DNA of 64,000 bases, from contig CAZCME010000010.1 of NCBI GenBank assembly GCA_964499705.1, positions 22,280-86,279 on the forward strand, read 5' to 3'. Under the pieces are notes generated by a model. It was not told the origin of the DNA. It searched no databases and saw only the letters and a list, made by a program, of their open reading frames with translations. The stretch comes from an uncultured bacterium. GTDB taxonomy: Bacteria; UBA8481. Positions 1 through 9,450 of this stretch are shown here, in pieces (the stretch's first letter is position 1; each line of letters starts with the position of its first letter). The position numbers and the translations under genes were made by a program.

Positions 1-2
1 TC

Positions 3-191
3 GATGTACTTAACGAGGAGGGTTACCGGGATGCAATCAAGGCGTTCACGAGCTGGCCTACGATTCCGCAGGTCTTCGTCGGAGGCAAGTTCATCGGGGG
101 CTGCGACATCACGCGTGAGATGCACAAGTCGGGCGAGCTGAAGAAGTTGGTGGATGCTCTGCCGGGCGGGGCGTCCGCGCCCGGGATTTGA
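3..191 (+). CDS. Monothiol glutaredoxin (Grx4-like), C-terminal fragment; 5' end lies outside the window
   Basis: Frame-3 translation reads DVLNEEGYRDAIKAFTSWPTIPQVFVGGKFIGGCDITREMHKSGELKKLVDALPGG, ending with TGA at 189-191. The TIPQ(V/I)F(V/I)GG...GGCD motif is the glutaredoxin fold signature. Confidence 0.7.
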   Translation, partial: DVLNEEGYRDAIKAFTSWPTIPQVFVGGKFIGGCDITREMHKSGELKKLVDALPGGASAPGI

Positions 192-444
192 TCAGAAATA
201 CTTTAGAATGAGCACCGTGGTGACCAGGAAGAAGAGACCCGGATAAAGTGTCGCTTCTATCGAGGCGAGCTTCTTCTTCGGGATGTAATGCAGGGCCATG
301 AATGTCTTGTCGTATGGGGGAGGAAAATCCTTTAGACGATTTCCGGGATATTATGATAGCATCGGAATCGCGACATCAGTTCGTGTTGCAAAGTTAGGCA
401 AAGCGGAAACGTTGAGTCATGTTCCAGAGGGAGGCAGGGCTAAT

Positions 445-786
445 ATGGCCAGGCAAGAAGAATCGGCAATTCAAGATGTGGCGAGGGATGTGCTTCTTAT
501 TCTCGGGGGAGCCCTCATAGGCGCGGCCATCGCGCTCCTGTACGCTCCTCAGTCCGGAGAACGGACGCGACGGCAGATCGGCCGGAAGGTCGAGGACGCC
601 AAGCACAAGGCGCAGGATGTGGGCGATGATGTCCTCTCCAAGGCTGAGGATCTGCGGCAGCATGTCGCCAAGCAGGTTGACGAGGGTCTTGACTACGTCG
701 GCGAAAAGCGGGATGTCTTTCTCTCCAACATCGGCGCGCTCGAAGATAAGCTGTCGAGCATCAAGAAGAAGCTGGTAAAAAGATAG
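445..786 (+). CDS. YtxH-like (DUF948) membrane-anchored coiled-coil protein
   Basis: ATG at 445 is preceded by GGAGG at about 427-433. One TM segment (LLILGGALIGAAIALLYAP) is followed by a charged K/E/D-rich helical region typical of YtxH. The ORF track's 298 start adds an unlikely N-terminal extension. Confidence 0.55.
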   Translation: MARQEESAIQDVARDVLLILGGALIGAAIALLYAPQSGERTRRQIGRKVEDAKHKAQDVGDDVLSKAEDLRQHVAKQVDEGLDYVGEKRDVFLSNIGALEDKLSSIKKKLVKR

Positions 787-818
787 CTTCCGCGACGCTG
801 CGCGTCTTCCGCGTCCGG

Positions 819-1724
819 TTGTCCTGCCGTCTCGCGGCGGCGGGACTTATCGCGTGCGGAGCCATCCTGTGCGCGATTCCGGCGGCGGATGCTCAGCTTG
901 AGCTTCGTCGCGTGGTCGACTCGCCCGGTGAGTTGACCGTGGATATTCCTCCCGCGGCCGGTCCCAGGCGCGTGCGGATCCAGTGTTCGCCTCCTAAGAA
1001 CGGCCGCGTGTCGGCGCTCCTTATCTGGACCCCCCCGGAATACGCTCTCACCGCAAGAATCCAGAGACTGGGCATGGCCGATCCTTTCGCGCGCGCATCG
1101 GGCAGGAGCCCGATCGCGCTCGGCGCCGCGGTCGATACCGGCGAAGGGCCGTGCTTTCTCATGATCGATGAGCCGGCGGGCGGAGCGGATTCCGTTCAGA
1201 TTTCTCTCCAGTTGAACTGGTCGGGGCCGACAGGGGAGAGGCCGTGGCCGACAGTGAGCGTGGAAACAAGCGCGACGCGCGCCACGTTCGAGGTCAAGCC
1301 TCCGGTCTCGGCTCCGGCATCTCTCACCTGCCGCATCACGGACATATCCTGGACGGAAGGCGCGGATCTGGATCGCATGAAACTGATGCGCGAAGGATTG
1401 AAAATCCGTTTCGGATCGGCGGTGAACAAGGAGATGCTGGAAGGTGCGATCCGCTGCTCCATAGGCATGCCCGGCTCCCAGGACGGCCTGATCCGGTTCG
1501 AGGACGTCCGGGTTGAACTTCGGATGGAAGACCAGGAAGTTCGGCTCATCTTTCCTCCGAAACTGCTCTTCGCCAGACGCTCGATCGTCCGCGTCACCGT
1601 CATCGGAGACCGGGTCCTGTCGCGCGACGGCACATTCGTGGACGCGGAAGGATCCGGATTCAAACTGCCATCCGGCAATGGAATGCCGGGGGGCATCTTT
1701 CAATCGGAATTCATCGTGCCGTGA
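819..1724 (+). CDS. Hypothetical secreted protein (signal peptide ...CAIPAADAQ)
   Basis: N-terminal signal peptide. The overlapping antisense ORF 693..1703 is Arg/Pro-rich junk. No recognisable domain. Confidence 0.45.
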   Translation: MSCRLAAAGLIACGAILCAIPAADAQLELRRVVDSPGELTVDIPPAAGPRRVRIQCSPPKNGRVSALLIWTPPEYALTARIQRLGMADPFARASGRSPIALGAAVDTGEGPCFLMIDEPAGGADSVQISLQLNWSGPTGERPWPTVSVETSATRATFEVKPPVSAPASLTCRITDISWTEGADLDRMKLMREGLKIRFGSAVNKEMLEGAIRCSIGMPGSQDGLIRFEDVRVELRMEDQEVRLIFPPKLLFARRSIVRVTVIGDRVLSRDGTFVDAEGSGFKLPSGNGMPGGIFQSEFIVP

Positions 1725-1744
1725 CGGGCGAAGAAGGCCGCGGA

Positions 1745-2200
1745 TCAGAAAAGAGGATCGCCGTTTTGCTGTTCAAGGAGCCATTTCCCGGCTGAACGGA
1801 CGAAGCGGAATTCGGACAGGCCGCTTCGCCACTGCACCTCGCCGTCCTCGCGCGCTGACCGGCTGAGCCGCCACGCCGCCACCACGACGCCACGGTCTTC
1901 GTTTTCCATGATCTCGACATGCTCCGGAGTGAGATGGATCGTGATTCCGGTGTAGCGTTCCAGGTCCTGGTCGATCGATGACTTCAACGCCAGCCTGGAC
2001 GGCGCGTAGGACTCCGCCACCAGCTCGAACACACCGAACGAATTCTCGTCTTCGAGCGCGCGGCAGATGGATTCGAGGACTTCGACGAGCGCGGCATCGT
2101 GCGGAGGCCGGCTCTTCTCTTCCCTTACGATATCGTGTTCCTTCAGGCAGGACGCCAGGAGGAGGCAGGATAGAAGAAGGAGCGCGCAGTGGCCTTTCAT
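1745..2200 (-). CDS. Hypothetical lipoprotein
   Basis: Internal start (minus strand, read as cat at 2198-2200) gives MKGHCALLLLSCLLLASC with a lipobox Cys. ATGA overlap with the stop of the upstream oxidoreductase gene indicates translational coupling. Confidence 0.5.
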   Translation of the reverse strand: MKGHCALLLLSCLLLASCLKEHDIVREEKSRPPHDAALVEVLESICRALEDENSFGVFELVAESYAPSRLALKSSIDQDLERYTGITIHLTPEHVEIMENEDRGVVVAAWRLSRSAREDGEVQWRSGLSEFRFVRSAGKWLLEQQNGDPLF

Positions 2201-3204
2201 GGCTCGATCCAGCCGCCGCCGCCCTTCAGCGATCGGGTCAAGGCATTCAATGTTTTCACCACCGCCACACCCGACGCGCCGTCGGAGACCGGGCGCGCGT
2301 TGTCGCGCACGCACTCGACAAAGTGAATCGCCTCCTGCTTGAGCGGTTCGACGGAGCTGATCTTCGGGAGGAGAATATCGCCGGTGCGGATGGAGAGATA
2401 CTGGCCATAGGACCGGAACGGCTGGCGCTGTGTTTCCACGGTGCGATTGTAGATGCGGAGTTTTTCGGAGGACTCGCCATCGTCGATGACCGCCATTTTT
2501 TCCGTGCCGATGATGGAGAGCTCGCGGACCTTCTGCGGATCCAGCCAGGAAACATGGCCGTGAAACATGACGTCTCCGGAGTATCGCAGCGTGTAAAAAA
2601 CGACATCCTCGACGCCGGGCTGAAGATAACAGTTTCCGACGGCCTGCACCTCCACGGGCGCGCTCCCGGCAATGGCGTCGCCGATCGCGATGTCGTGCGG
2701 CGCAAGCGACCAGAGCGCGTTCTCGTGGGAGCGGACGATGCCGAGATTGACGCGGCGGGAATGGAGATAGCGGAGCGTTCCGAATTCTCCGGAACGAAGG
2801 CGTTTCATCGCTTCCTGATACGCGGGGTGATACAGGAGAAGGTGCCCCACCATGAGAATTCTTCCGCGCGCGTCGGCCGCTTCCGACAGCCGTTCGGCAT
2901 CTTCCGTCTTCAGCGCGAGCGGCTTTTCCACGAAGAGATGCCGGCCGGATTCGAGAACTTTGAGGCCGAGTTCCGCATGGGTTTCGGCGGGCGTGGCGAT
3001 AACCACGGCGTCGATATCGGCCGCCAGCGCGTCCTGGAAATCGGTCGACGTCGCGACTCCGGGATGATGTCGGGATGCTTCCCGCAGGCGTTCCCCCGAG
3101 GCGTCCACGAGCAGGGCAAGCTCCGCGCCGGTGGTTTCGGCGAAGATTCGGGCGAGATTAGGCCCCCAGTAACCGAGGCCGACGGCGGCGATCCGGACGG
3201 ACAT
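2197..3204 (-). CDS. Gfo/Idh/MocA-family NAD(P)-dependent oxidoreductase
   Basis: N-terminal Rossmann motif MSVRIAAVGLGYWGPNLARIF. EKPLAL is the conserved Gfo/Idh/MocA motif. 335 aa. Confidence 0.85.
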   Translation of the reverse strand: MSVRIAAVGLGYWGPNLARIFAETTGAELALLVDASGERLREASRHHPGVATSTDFQDALAADIDAVVIATPAETHAELGLKVLESGRHLFVEKPLALKTEDAERLSEAADARGRILMVGHLLLYHPAYQEAMKRLRSGEFGTLRYLHSRRVNLGIVRSHENALWSLAPHDIAIGDAIAGSAPVEVQAVGNCYLQPGVEDVVFYTLRYSGDVMFHGHVSWLDPQKVRELSIIGTEKMAVIDDGESSEKLRIYNRTVETQRQPFRSYGQYLSIRTGDILLPKISSVEPLKQEAIHFVECVRDNARPVSDGASGVAVVKTLNALTRSLKGGGGWIEP

Positions 3205-3224
3205 GAAATCGATGATAGCGGAGG

Positions 3225-3270
3225 AAGTATGAAGTATGAAGTATGAAGTATGAAGTATGAAAGTGTATGA
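3225..3270. repeat. Heptanucleotide tandem repeat (AAGTATG) x5 plus one degenerate unit, in the divergent intergenic region
   Basis: Units at 3225-31, 3232-38, 3239-45, 3246-52 and 3253-59, then aaagtgtatga. It lies between the minus-strand oxidoreductase start (3204) and the plus-strand epimerase start (3267). Confidence 0.8.
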
Positions 3271-4232
3271 TTGTCCCCATGCACATTCTCGTCACGGGAG
3301 CTTCGGGTTTCATAGGGCGGCGGTTTCTGGAGCTTCTGCCTCCGTCGTGGAGCGCGAGCGCGATCTGGTCCCGGCGGGAGGATTTTCCGGAATTCGTCGC
3401 GGGCCTGGATGGTTCGCGTATCAGGGCATTACGTTGCGACCTGACGGATCAGTCCGCCGTCGAGGGTCTCGCGGCCCGCGTGGATCCGCTGGACGCGCTG
3501 GTTGTCCTCGCGGCCAACGGAGATCCCGTGCGGTCGGTGTCGGATCCCGTGGCGGACCTGATGGAAACAGCGGTGACGGCCATCAACACATTCCGTTTCT
3601 TCCGGGCGGACAGGCTGGTTTACTTCTCATCCGGCGCGGTGTACGAGGGGCTGTCCGGAGCTGTCGACCCTTCCGTGAACATCCGCCCTGCGCTTCCTTA
3701 CGCCGTGACGCATTACGCGGCGGAGCGTTACGCGGACTACTTCCGGAGTTTGAACCGCTTCAGGCACGCGGTGATGCTCCGCTTCTTCGGCGCCTACGGT
3801 CCGCATGAACCCTCCCGCAAGATTTACTCGCGCCTCGTGCGGAGATTCGCGTTCGACCGCGAACCGTCGATTGTGCTGAAAGGAAATGGCCGGAACATCA
3901 TCGATGCCATGTATGTGGACGATGCCGTGCGCGCGATCATCAGCGTGCTGGCTTCTCCGGAGGCGGCGGGAACGGAGATCCTGGACCTGCCCGGCGGAAA
4001 TCCCATGACGATCGAGGAACTGGTGCGCGCCGCGAGCCGCGCCTGCGGACTCGGCGAAATTGCGCTCCGATACGAGGGGCAGGTCGCCGAGGATCATGCC
4101 TTCACGGCTTCGCTCGATGGATTCCAGGACCGTTTCGGCCGTATCCGGCTCACACCGCTCGATGAGGGAATCGGAGGCCTGCGGCGATGGTTGGAAGCCC
4201 GTTCCGCGCTCGCGAGCGAACCGTTGCGTTGA
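3267..4232 (+). CDS. NAD-dependent epimerase/dehydratase family protein (SDR)
   Basis: ILVTGASGFIGRRF glycine-rich NAD-binding motif. A YAVTHYAAERY (YxxxK-like) region. The start could be ATG 3267 or ATG 3279. Confidence 0.8.
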   Translation: MIVPMHILVTGASGFIGRRFLELLPPSWSASAIWSRREDFPEFVAGLDGSRIRALRCDLTDQSAVEGLAARVDPLDALVVLAANGDPVRSVSDPVADLMETAVTAINTFRFFRADRLVYFSSGAVYEGLSGAVDPSVNIRPALPYAVTHYAAERYADYFRSLNRFRHAVMLRFFGAYGPHEPSRKIYSRLVRRFAFDREPSIVLKGNGRNIIDAMYVDDAVRAIISVLASPEAAGTEILDLPGGNPMTIEELVRAASRACGLGEIALRYEGQVAEDHAFTASLDGFQDRFGRIRLTPLDEGIGGLRRWLEARSALASEPLR

Positions 4233-4278
4233 AATATTTCAAATTGCGTGACGCCTAGGGTATGCTATCTTTGCAGAG

Positions 4279-4620
4279 ATGAACGATCGCCGCAGGTTCG
4301 AGAGGGTCGAGAGGACCCTCGTGACGTACTACCGCAAGCTCTGGGTTAACTCCCTCGAATATGCCGGTGTCACTTCGAATATCTCGCGCGGAGGAATTCT
4401 CGTCGAGTTGGAGGGCGAATTCCAGTCGGGCGATCTGCTAGCACTGGAAATGGTCATTTTCAACGGTGAACCGCCGATCAATCTGGTGGCGCGCGTCGTG
4501 AGAAATGACGTCTCGAATCCCCTGAAAGGGCTGGAATTCGTCCAGATTTCCGGGCCCGATGAGAAACGTCTGCATGATTATCTCGCTGCCCGCGAGAGAC
4601 AGGAGAAACAATCGGTCTGA
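4279..4620 (+). CDS. PilZ-domain protein (c-di-GMP receptor)
   Basis: RRRFERV (RxxxR) and NISRGG (D/NxSxGG) PilZ signature motifs. 113 aa. Confidence 0.75.
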   Translation: MNDRRRFERVERTLVTYYRKLWVNSLEYAGVTSNISRGGILVELEGEFQSGDLLALEMVIFNGEPPINLVARVVRNDVSNPLKGLEFVQISGPDEKRLHDYLAARERQEKQSV

Positions 4621-5495
4621 TGGAAAGGCTCGAAGTCAGGGAATTTCTCAAGAAGATAGAGAAGCTTCCCACGCTGCCCGGAATCGCGATGAAGATCATC
4701 CAGACCGCGAACAATCCCAAGTCGGCGGCCGACGATCTTTCCCGGATCATCCTGTCCGATCTCTCGCTCTCCGCGAAAGTGCTCAAGATGGTGAATTCCG
4801 CCTACTACGGAATCAGGAACAAGGTCGCATCCGTCAAGCAGGCGATCGTCATCCTGGGATTCAACACGATCAAATCTCTCGCGCTCTCCACCGCCATCAT
4901 GGACAAGTTCGGCACGACGGGTTCCATCGATGGTTTCTCCCGAGGCGCGTTCTGGAAGCACAGCCTGGGCGTCGGCATCACGAACAGGATCCTCGCCAAG
5001 CGGATTGTCAAGCAGAAGGACATGGAGGAGAATTACTTCATGGCCGGGCTCCTGCACGACATCGGCAAGGTCATCCTCGATGAGTATTTCCACGACGATT
5101 TCCTGAACGTCATCAATCACATGAAGGTGACGGGAAAGTCGTTCTATCGCGCAGAGATGGACGTCAACGGCTTGTCACATGCGGAGATCGGCGGCATGCT
5201 CGCCGGGCAGTGGCAGCTCCCTGAGGAACTTGTCGCGGCCATTCGATTCCATCACACGCCGGAGAATCGAACGGAACACGCGACGCTCATCTGCGCCACG
5301 CATTTCTCGAACATCCTTGCCAAGACCAAGAATTTCGGATCCGGCGGAGACAACGACATTTCCGAGCTGGTCGAGTCCTGCATCAACGCGCTGGGGCTGG
5401 CGGAGGAAGACATCGCTCAGATCGTGGGTGTGGAGATGGATGCGGAGTATGCGAAGGCGTCCGACTTCCTCCGGCTGATGGACATCGAGGCGTGA
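4620..5495 (+). CDS. HDOD-domain signalling protein
   Basis: LPTLPGIAMKIIQ...LSAKVLKMVNSAYYG...GLLHDIGKVIL...RFHH is the characteristic HDOD pattern. The ATG overlaps the PilZ stop (ATGA at 4617-4620). Confidence 0.8.
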   Translation: MERLEVREFLKKIEKLPTLPGIAMKIIQTANNPKSAADDLSRIILSDLSLSAKVLKMVNSAYYGIRNKVASVKQAIVILGFNTIKSLALSTAIMDKFGTTGSIDGFSRGAFWKHSLGVGITNRILAKRIVKQKDMEENYFMAGLLHDIGKVILDEYFHDDFLNVINHMKVTGKSFYRAEMDVNGLSHAEIGGMLAGQWQLPEELVAAIRFHHTPENRTEHATLICATHFSNILAKTKNFGSGGDNDISELVESCINALGLAEEDIAQIVGVEMDAEYAKASDFLRLMDIEA

Positions 5496-6967
5496 CGGGG
5501 AGTTCCCGAATTCCTGGCTCGACGATCCCGAAGCATCCGCTTCTCGTTTTCCTGCTTCTTCTCTTCGCCTGCGGCTCGACGCCGGCTCCCCCTTCATCTC
5601 CCGATTCTTCGCTCGGGCGGGTTCTCGAACCGCGAACGACGTGGATGGGATTGTATCTGAGCGAACAGAAGATCGGGTGGTCGAAAACCGCCATTGATCA
5701 GAACGAGCGGAAAAATCATACGCTCGTGAATGAAACCTTCATGGTCATGAAGATGATGGGAACGCGCATGGAAACGCGGTCCACGCTCTCGATCGAATTC
5801 ACGCCGAAACTCGAGCCCGTCGCCTATACGTTTTCTCTCAAGACCCCCATGTTCGCCGCGGACGCGGGCGGCACGGTGAAAGACGGCATCCTTACGACCT
5901 GGACCAGGACTCCGCAGGGGAAACGAGAGCAGGAAATCAAGCTTGACGACGAACTCGACATCTTCGGCCTGGCCGACATTCGCCGCGCGGCCGAGGGATA
6001 CAAGGTCGGGCAGATCTTCGAAGGGAAGATCTTCGAGCCGAACCTCTTTGCCGTGGTTCCGTATCGCGTGGAAATTCTCGACACGAAGGCGATCAAGATG
6101 GGCGCTTCGGAGGAGACAGTATTTCGCGTGAAGATGAAGATGAGCGAGATCGAGTCGATGTCTTATTCCCTGGCCAACGGCGATGTCATCCGGGTGGAAG
6201 GGCCGATGGGGATCGTGATGAAGAAGGAGACGGAGGAATCCGCGAAGGACATGACCGCGTCCGAAAACATCACCGACCTGATTCTCGCGTTCTCGGTCGA
6301 TGCCGGCAGGATCGTGGAAAATGCCGGATCCGTACGGCGGGCCGTGATGAGCGTGACGGGATTGAACGGGCCGTTGTTTCCCGGAGGCGCGCAGACGACC
6401 GCTTCGGCGTCGTCGACGGATACCGGCGCGGCAACGATCGTCACCGTCGATCTCGATGGCCCGAAGGAGAAGGTCGAGGATCTCTCGGAATACCTGAAGC
6501 CGTCCACGCATATCCAGTCGGACGATCCCCGCGTGATCGACAAGGCGAAACAGATCGCGGGCGCGGAGAAAAATCCTGCGAAGATCGTCGCGAAGATATT
6601 CTCATGGGTTAACGGAAATGTGGTGAAGGAACCGGCCTTCACCCTGCCCTCGACGGTGGATGTCCTGGCGACGATGCGCGGAGACTGCAACGAGCATTCC
6701 GCCCTGATGTGCGGCCTCTTGCGCGCGGCGGGCGTGCCGACCCGCATCGCGGCCGGTCTCGCGTACATGAAGGGGAAATTCTATTATCACGCGTGGAACG
6801 AGTGCTACTTCGACGGGAAATGGATTCCCGTGGATGCGACGTTCGGAGAAAATCCGGCCGGCGCCCTGCGGTTGAGGATTTCGGTGGGGGAACTGGAGGA
6901 GCAGATGAAGATTGCCGCGGTCGCCGGGAAAATCTCCATGAGAATCCTCGAGGCGGAAGCGCCCTGA
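5492..6967 (+). CDS. Lipoprotein with a C-terminal transglutaminase-like cysteine protease domain
   Basis: Signal/lipobox-like LLLLFACGS. C-terminal GDCNEHSALMCGLLRAAGVPTR...YHAWNECYFDGKWIPVDAT carries the Cys-His-Asp transglutaminase-core triad. Confidence 0.7.
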   Translation: MTGSSRIPGSTIPKHPLLVFLLLLFACGSTPAPPSSPDSSLGRVLEPRTTWMGLYLSEQKIGWSKTAIDQNERKNHTLVNETFMVMKMMGTRMETRSTLSIEFTPKLEPVAYTFSLKTPMFAADAGGTVKDGILTTWTRTPQGKREQEIKLDDELDIFGLADIRRAAEGYKVGQIFEGKIFEPNLFAVVPYRVEILDTKAIKMGASEETVFRVKMKMSEIESMSYSLANGDVIRVEGPMGIVMKKETEESAKDMTASENITDLILAFSVDAGRIVENAGSVRRAVMSVTGLNGPLFPGGAQTTASASSTDTGAATIVTVDLDGPKEKVEDLSEYLKPSTHIQSDDPRVIDKAKQIAGAEKNPAKIVAKIFSWVNGNVVKEPAFTLPSTVDVLATMRGDCNEHSALMCGLLRAAGVPTRIAAGLAYMKGKFYYHAWNECYFDGKWIPVDATFGENPAGALRLRISVGELEEQMKIAAVAGKISMRILEAEAP

Positions 6968-7506
6968 TGAAGTTGGGGCTGGATGTTCCGGACGATTTCG
7001 TGGAGATTCTCGCCGGCATTCGCGACGAATTGAGCGCGATCAGGAGGCTGATGGAATCTTCGGATTCGCCCGTTGCGGCGCGGCGGGAACGGAGTCAATC
7101 GTCCCCGTTCGAGCCCGCCGCGCGGCAGGAGCCGGTCGCGCGCCCCGAGTCCGCGGCGCGCCCCGTGAGCGACGTGCGCGATGAGCCGGCGGAGGCTCCG
7201 ATGGACTATCGGGAATTTTCCGGCAGGAGCATGGATCGGTCGGATGCGGGCGATTCCATGTCGCGGACGGCTCCGGATGCCCCGGTCCGGGACGTTGAGG
7301 AAGAGCGGGAGACGATGCGGGAGCGTCCTGAGGACGACACGAGCCATGACGATGCGCTCATGAAATTGCTCGGTTCGATGGAGACTCCCGGAGACGAGCC
7401 GGCGTTCAGTGACAGGCCGGCGCCCTCGCATGAGGAAGAGAGCAAGTTCGATCTCTCGATGGACGAGCTCGAGAAGATCTTCGGCCTCGACGAAGGAAAA
7501 AAATGA
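6964..7506 (+). CDS. Hypothetical acidic, low-complexity protein
   Basis: ATG at 6964 overlaps the upstream stop (ATGA). The protein is D/E/R/P-rich and probably disordered. The ORF-track start at 6709 overlaps the preceding gene. Confidence 0.4.
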   Translation: MMKLGLDVPDDFVEILAGIRDELSAIRRLMESSDSPVAARRERSQSSPFEPAARQEPVARPESAARPVSDVRDEPAEAPMDYREFSGRSMDRSDAGDSMSRTAPDAPVRDVEEERETMRERPEDDTSHDDALMKLLGSMETPGDEPAFSDRPAPSHEEESKFDLSMDELEKIFGLDEGKK

Positions 7507-7542
7507 GCCGGCGCGCCCGGACCGGGCCGGCCTGATCCGGGT

Positions 7543-9450
7543 GTGCCCGGGCAAGGCCGGATTGAGGGACGAACCATGATCGACCTGTCCTTGTTCTATG
7601 ACGTGGTGCACGCGGTCGGCCGGAGCCTGGACCGGACCGGCGTCATTCGCGAAATCGTGTCCCAATCCATCAGGATCATAGCCTGCCGCGCGTCCATTCT
7701 CCGGTCTTTCGACATCGCCACGAACCGGCTCGAAGTGGAGGCGATCGCCGGGGAGATCGCTTCGGAACTTCCGGCTCTGGCTCCCCTCGATCTGACCCTC
7801 GACGAGGATCAGGCGGGTGTGGCGGGGGAGGCGGTGCGAACGGCCCGAGCCGTTGTCATACAGGATGCCCGGGGCGATCGCCGCGCCGCCGCGTATCAAT
7901 CGCGCGGAGCACCCTGCGCCAACATCATCGCCGTGCCGTTGATTCATCGTAATCACGTCCTCGGGACGCTCGAACTGCTGGACAGGAGAGCGCCCGGGGG
8001 AGGAGACGGCAGCGGACATTTCAGCGAGGACGACATCCAGCTGCTGTCCATCCTGGCGCAGTCCGCGGCGGAGGCATATTCCAAGGCCGATCTGTACGCG
8101 GAGATCGAGGCGATGGCGCTGACGTTCCAGAGGAAGAACCAGGAATTGACGATTCTGTCGCATATTTCCCGCGAAATTCTCGGATCCACTTCGGTCGACG
8201 ACATTCTCTATATCATTCTTACGGGCATCACATCGGGACATGGCCTGGGGTATAACAGGGCCGTCGCGTTCTTCCTCGACCAGGAAGCGCGCGAGCTGTA
8301 CGGAGCGTTCGGCATCGGACCGACGGTCGACGCCGTGAATCGGGTATGGAGCGAAGCGCCGGAGAGATTCCGCACGCTGGGAGATTATTTCGAATCGATC
8401 GATCCTGAGTCGATCGCGCATTCTCCGTTCAATGAATTGATCCTGAAAATCCGTCTGCCCATCGAGAAAAACGGGTCGATCTTTTCCCGCGTCGTCGCGG
8501 AAAGCCGCGGATTCAACGTCAGGAGCACCGAGTCCCTGCGGGGGGTCGACCGGGGTTTCACGGATATCATCCGCTCGTCCGCATTCGCGGTCGTGCCTGT
8601 CTGCGCCCGGGAACTGGTGATCGGCGCGATCGCCGTGGACAACTGTTTCACAAGAAAGCCGATCCAGGACGAGGACCTTGTCCTCCTGCAGACCATCGCG
8701 AACCAGTGCGGCCTGGCGCTGGACGCGGCGCGCGTGGTGAATGAGCTTTCCATGGCGATGAAGAAACTCGAAGTGGCGACGGGAAAGCTGATCGAGGCGG
8801 AGCGGTTCGCGACGATCGGCGAAGTCGCGGCCGGGGTGGCGCATGACATCCGCAATCCCCTGACCGCGATCGGCGGTTTCACGCGCCGCCTGGCAAAGCG
8901 CCTTCCGCCGGATGACCTCGGGCAGAGCTATGTCGAGATCATCGCGAAGGAAGTCAGCCGCCTGGAAAAGCTGGCTTCGGAAGTGCTGGAACTGGCGAGC
9001 ACGCGGCAGATCCATCCCACCGACGTGGAGCTGACGGGATTCCTGACTTACTGGAAGGAATCACGCGCCCAGGCTCTGCGCGCGCGCAATATTACCATGA
9101 CGATCGAAGCGGCCCCCCTGACCATGAAGGCCGACGCGCGTGTGCTGGATCGCGCGCTGACGAACCTTCTCAACAATGCCTTTGATGCGGTTCAGGACGG
9201 AGGCCATATCATCACGCGAATCACCCGGGCCGACAGCGCGGCGTGCATCGAGATCGAGGATGACGGATGCGGCATGGAAGCCGGCGACGTCGAGAAGGCT
9301 TTCGATCCCTTCTTCACGACAAAAACCGAGGGCACCGGACTCGGCATGGCCCTGGCTCAGAAGGCGATCACCGCCCATTCCGGAGCGATTCATATCGAGT
9401 CGGAAAAAGGCAAGGGCACGGCTGTAAGGATCGTTCTGCCGCTCACATAG
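7543..9450 (+). CDS. Sensor histidine kinase with N-terminal GAF domains
   Basis: H-box HDIRNPLTAIGGF. HATPase_c N-box NLLNNAFDAV, with G1/G2 boxes DDGCGM and GTGLGMA. The upstream roughly 400 aa carry GAF-like regions. Confidence 0.85.
   Translation: MPGQGRIEGRTMIDLSLFYDVVHAVGRSLDRTGVIREIVSQSIRIIACRASILRSFDIATNRLEVEAIAGEIASELPALAPLDLTLDEDQAGVAGEAVRTARAVVIQDARGDRRAAAYQSRGAPCANIIAVPLIHRNHVLGTLELLDRRAPGGGDGSGHFSEDDIQLLSILAQSAAEAYSKADLYAEIEAMALTFQRKNQELTILSHISREILGSTSVDDILYIILTGITSGHGLGYNRAVAFFLDQEARELYGAFGIGPTVDAVNRVWSEAPERFRTLGDYFESIDPESIAHSPFNELILKIRLPIEKNGSIFSRVVAESRGFNVRSTESLRGVDRGFTDIIRSSAFAVVPVCARELVIGAIAVDNCFTRKPIQDEDLVLLQTIANQCGLALDAARVVNELSMAMKKLEVATGKLIEAERFATIGEVAAGVAHDIRNPLTAIGGFTRRLAKRLPPDDLGQSYVEIIAKEVSRLEKLASEVLELASTRQIHPTDVELTGFLTYWKESRAQALRARNITMTIEAAPLTMKADARVLDRALTNLLNNAFDAVQDGGHIITRITRADSAACIEIEDDGCGMEAGDVEKAFDPFFTTKTEGTGLGMALAQKAITAHSGAIHIESEKGKGTAVRIVLPLT

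Noticed and set aside
693-1703. 336-aa minus-strand ORF
   Set aside because: Arg/Pro/Asp-rich low-complexity translation antisense to a signal-peptide-bearing plus-strand ORF. A typical high-GC antisense artefact.
1978-3246. 422-aa plus-strand ORF
   Set aside because: Antisense to the well-supported Gfo/Idh/MocA oxidoreductase. Arg-rich, with no domain signature.
6805-9015. 736-aa minus-strand ORF
   Set aside because: Antisense to the GAF histidine kinase and to the upstream acidic protein. Composition is Arg/Asp-rich junk.
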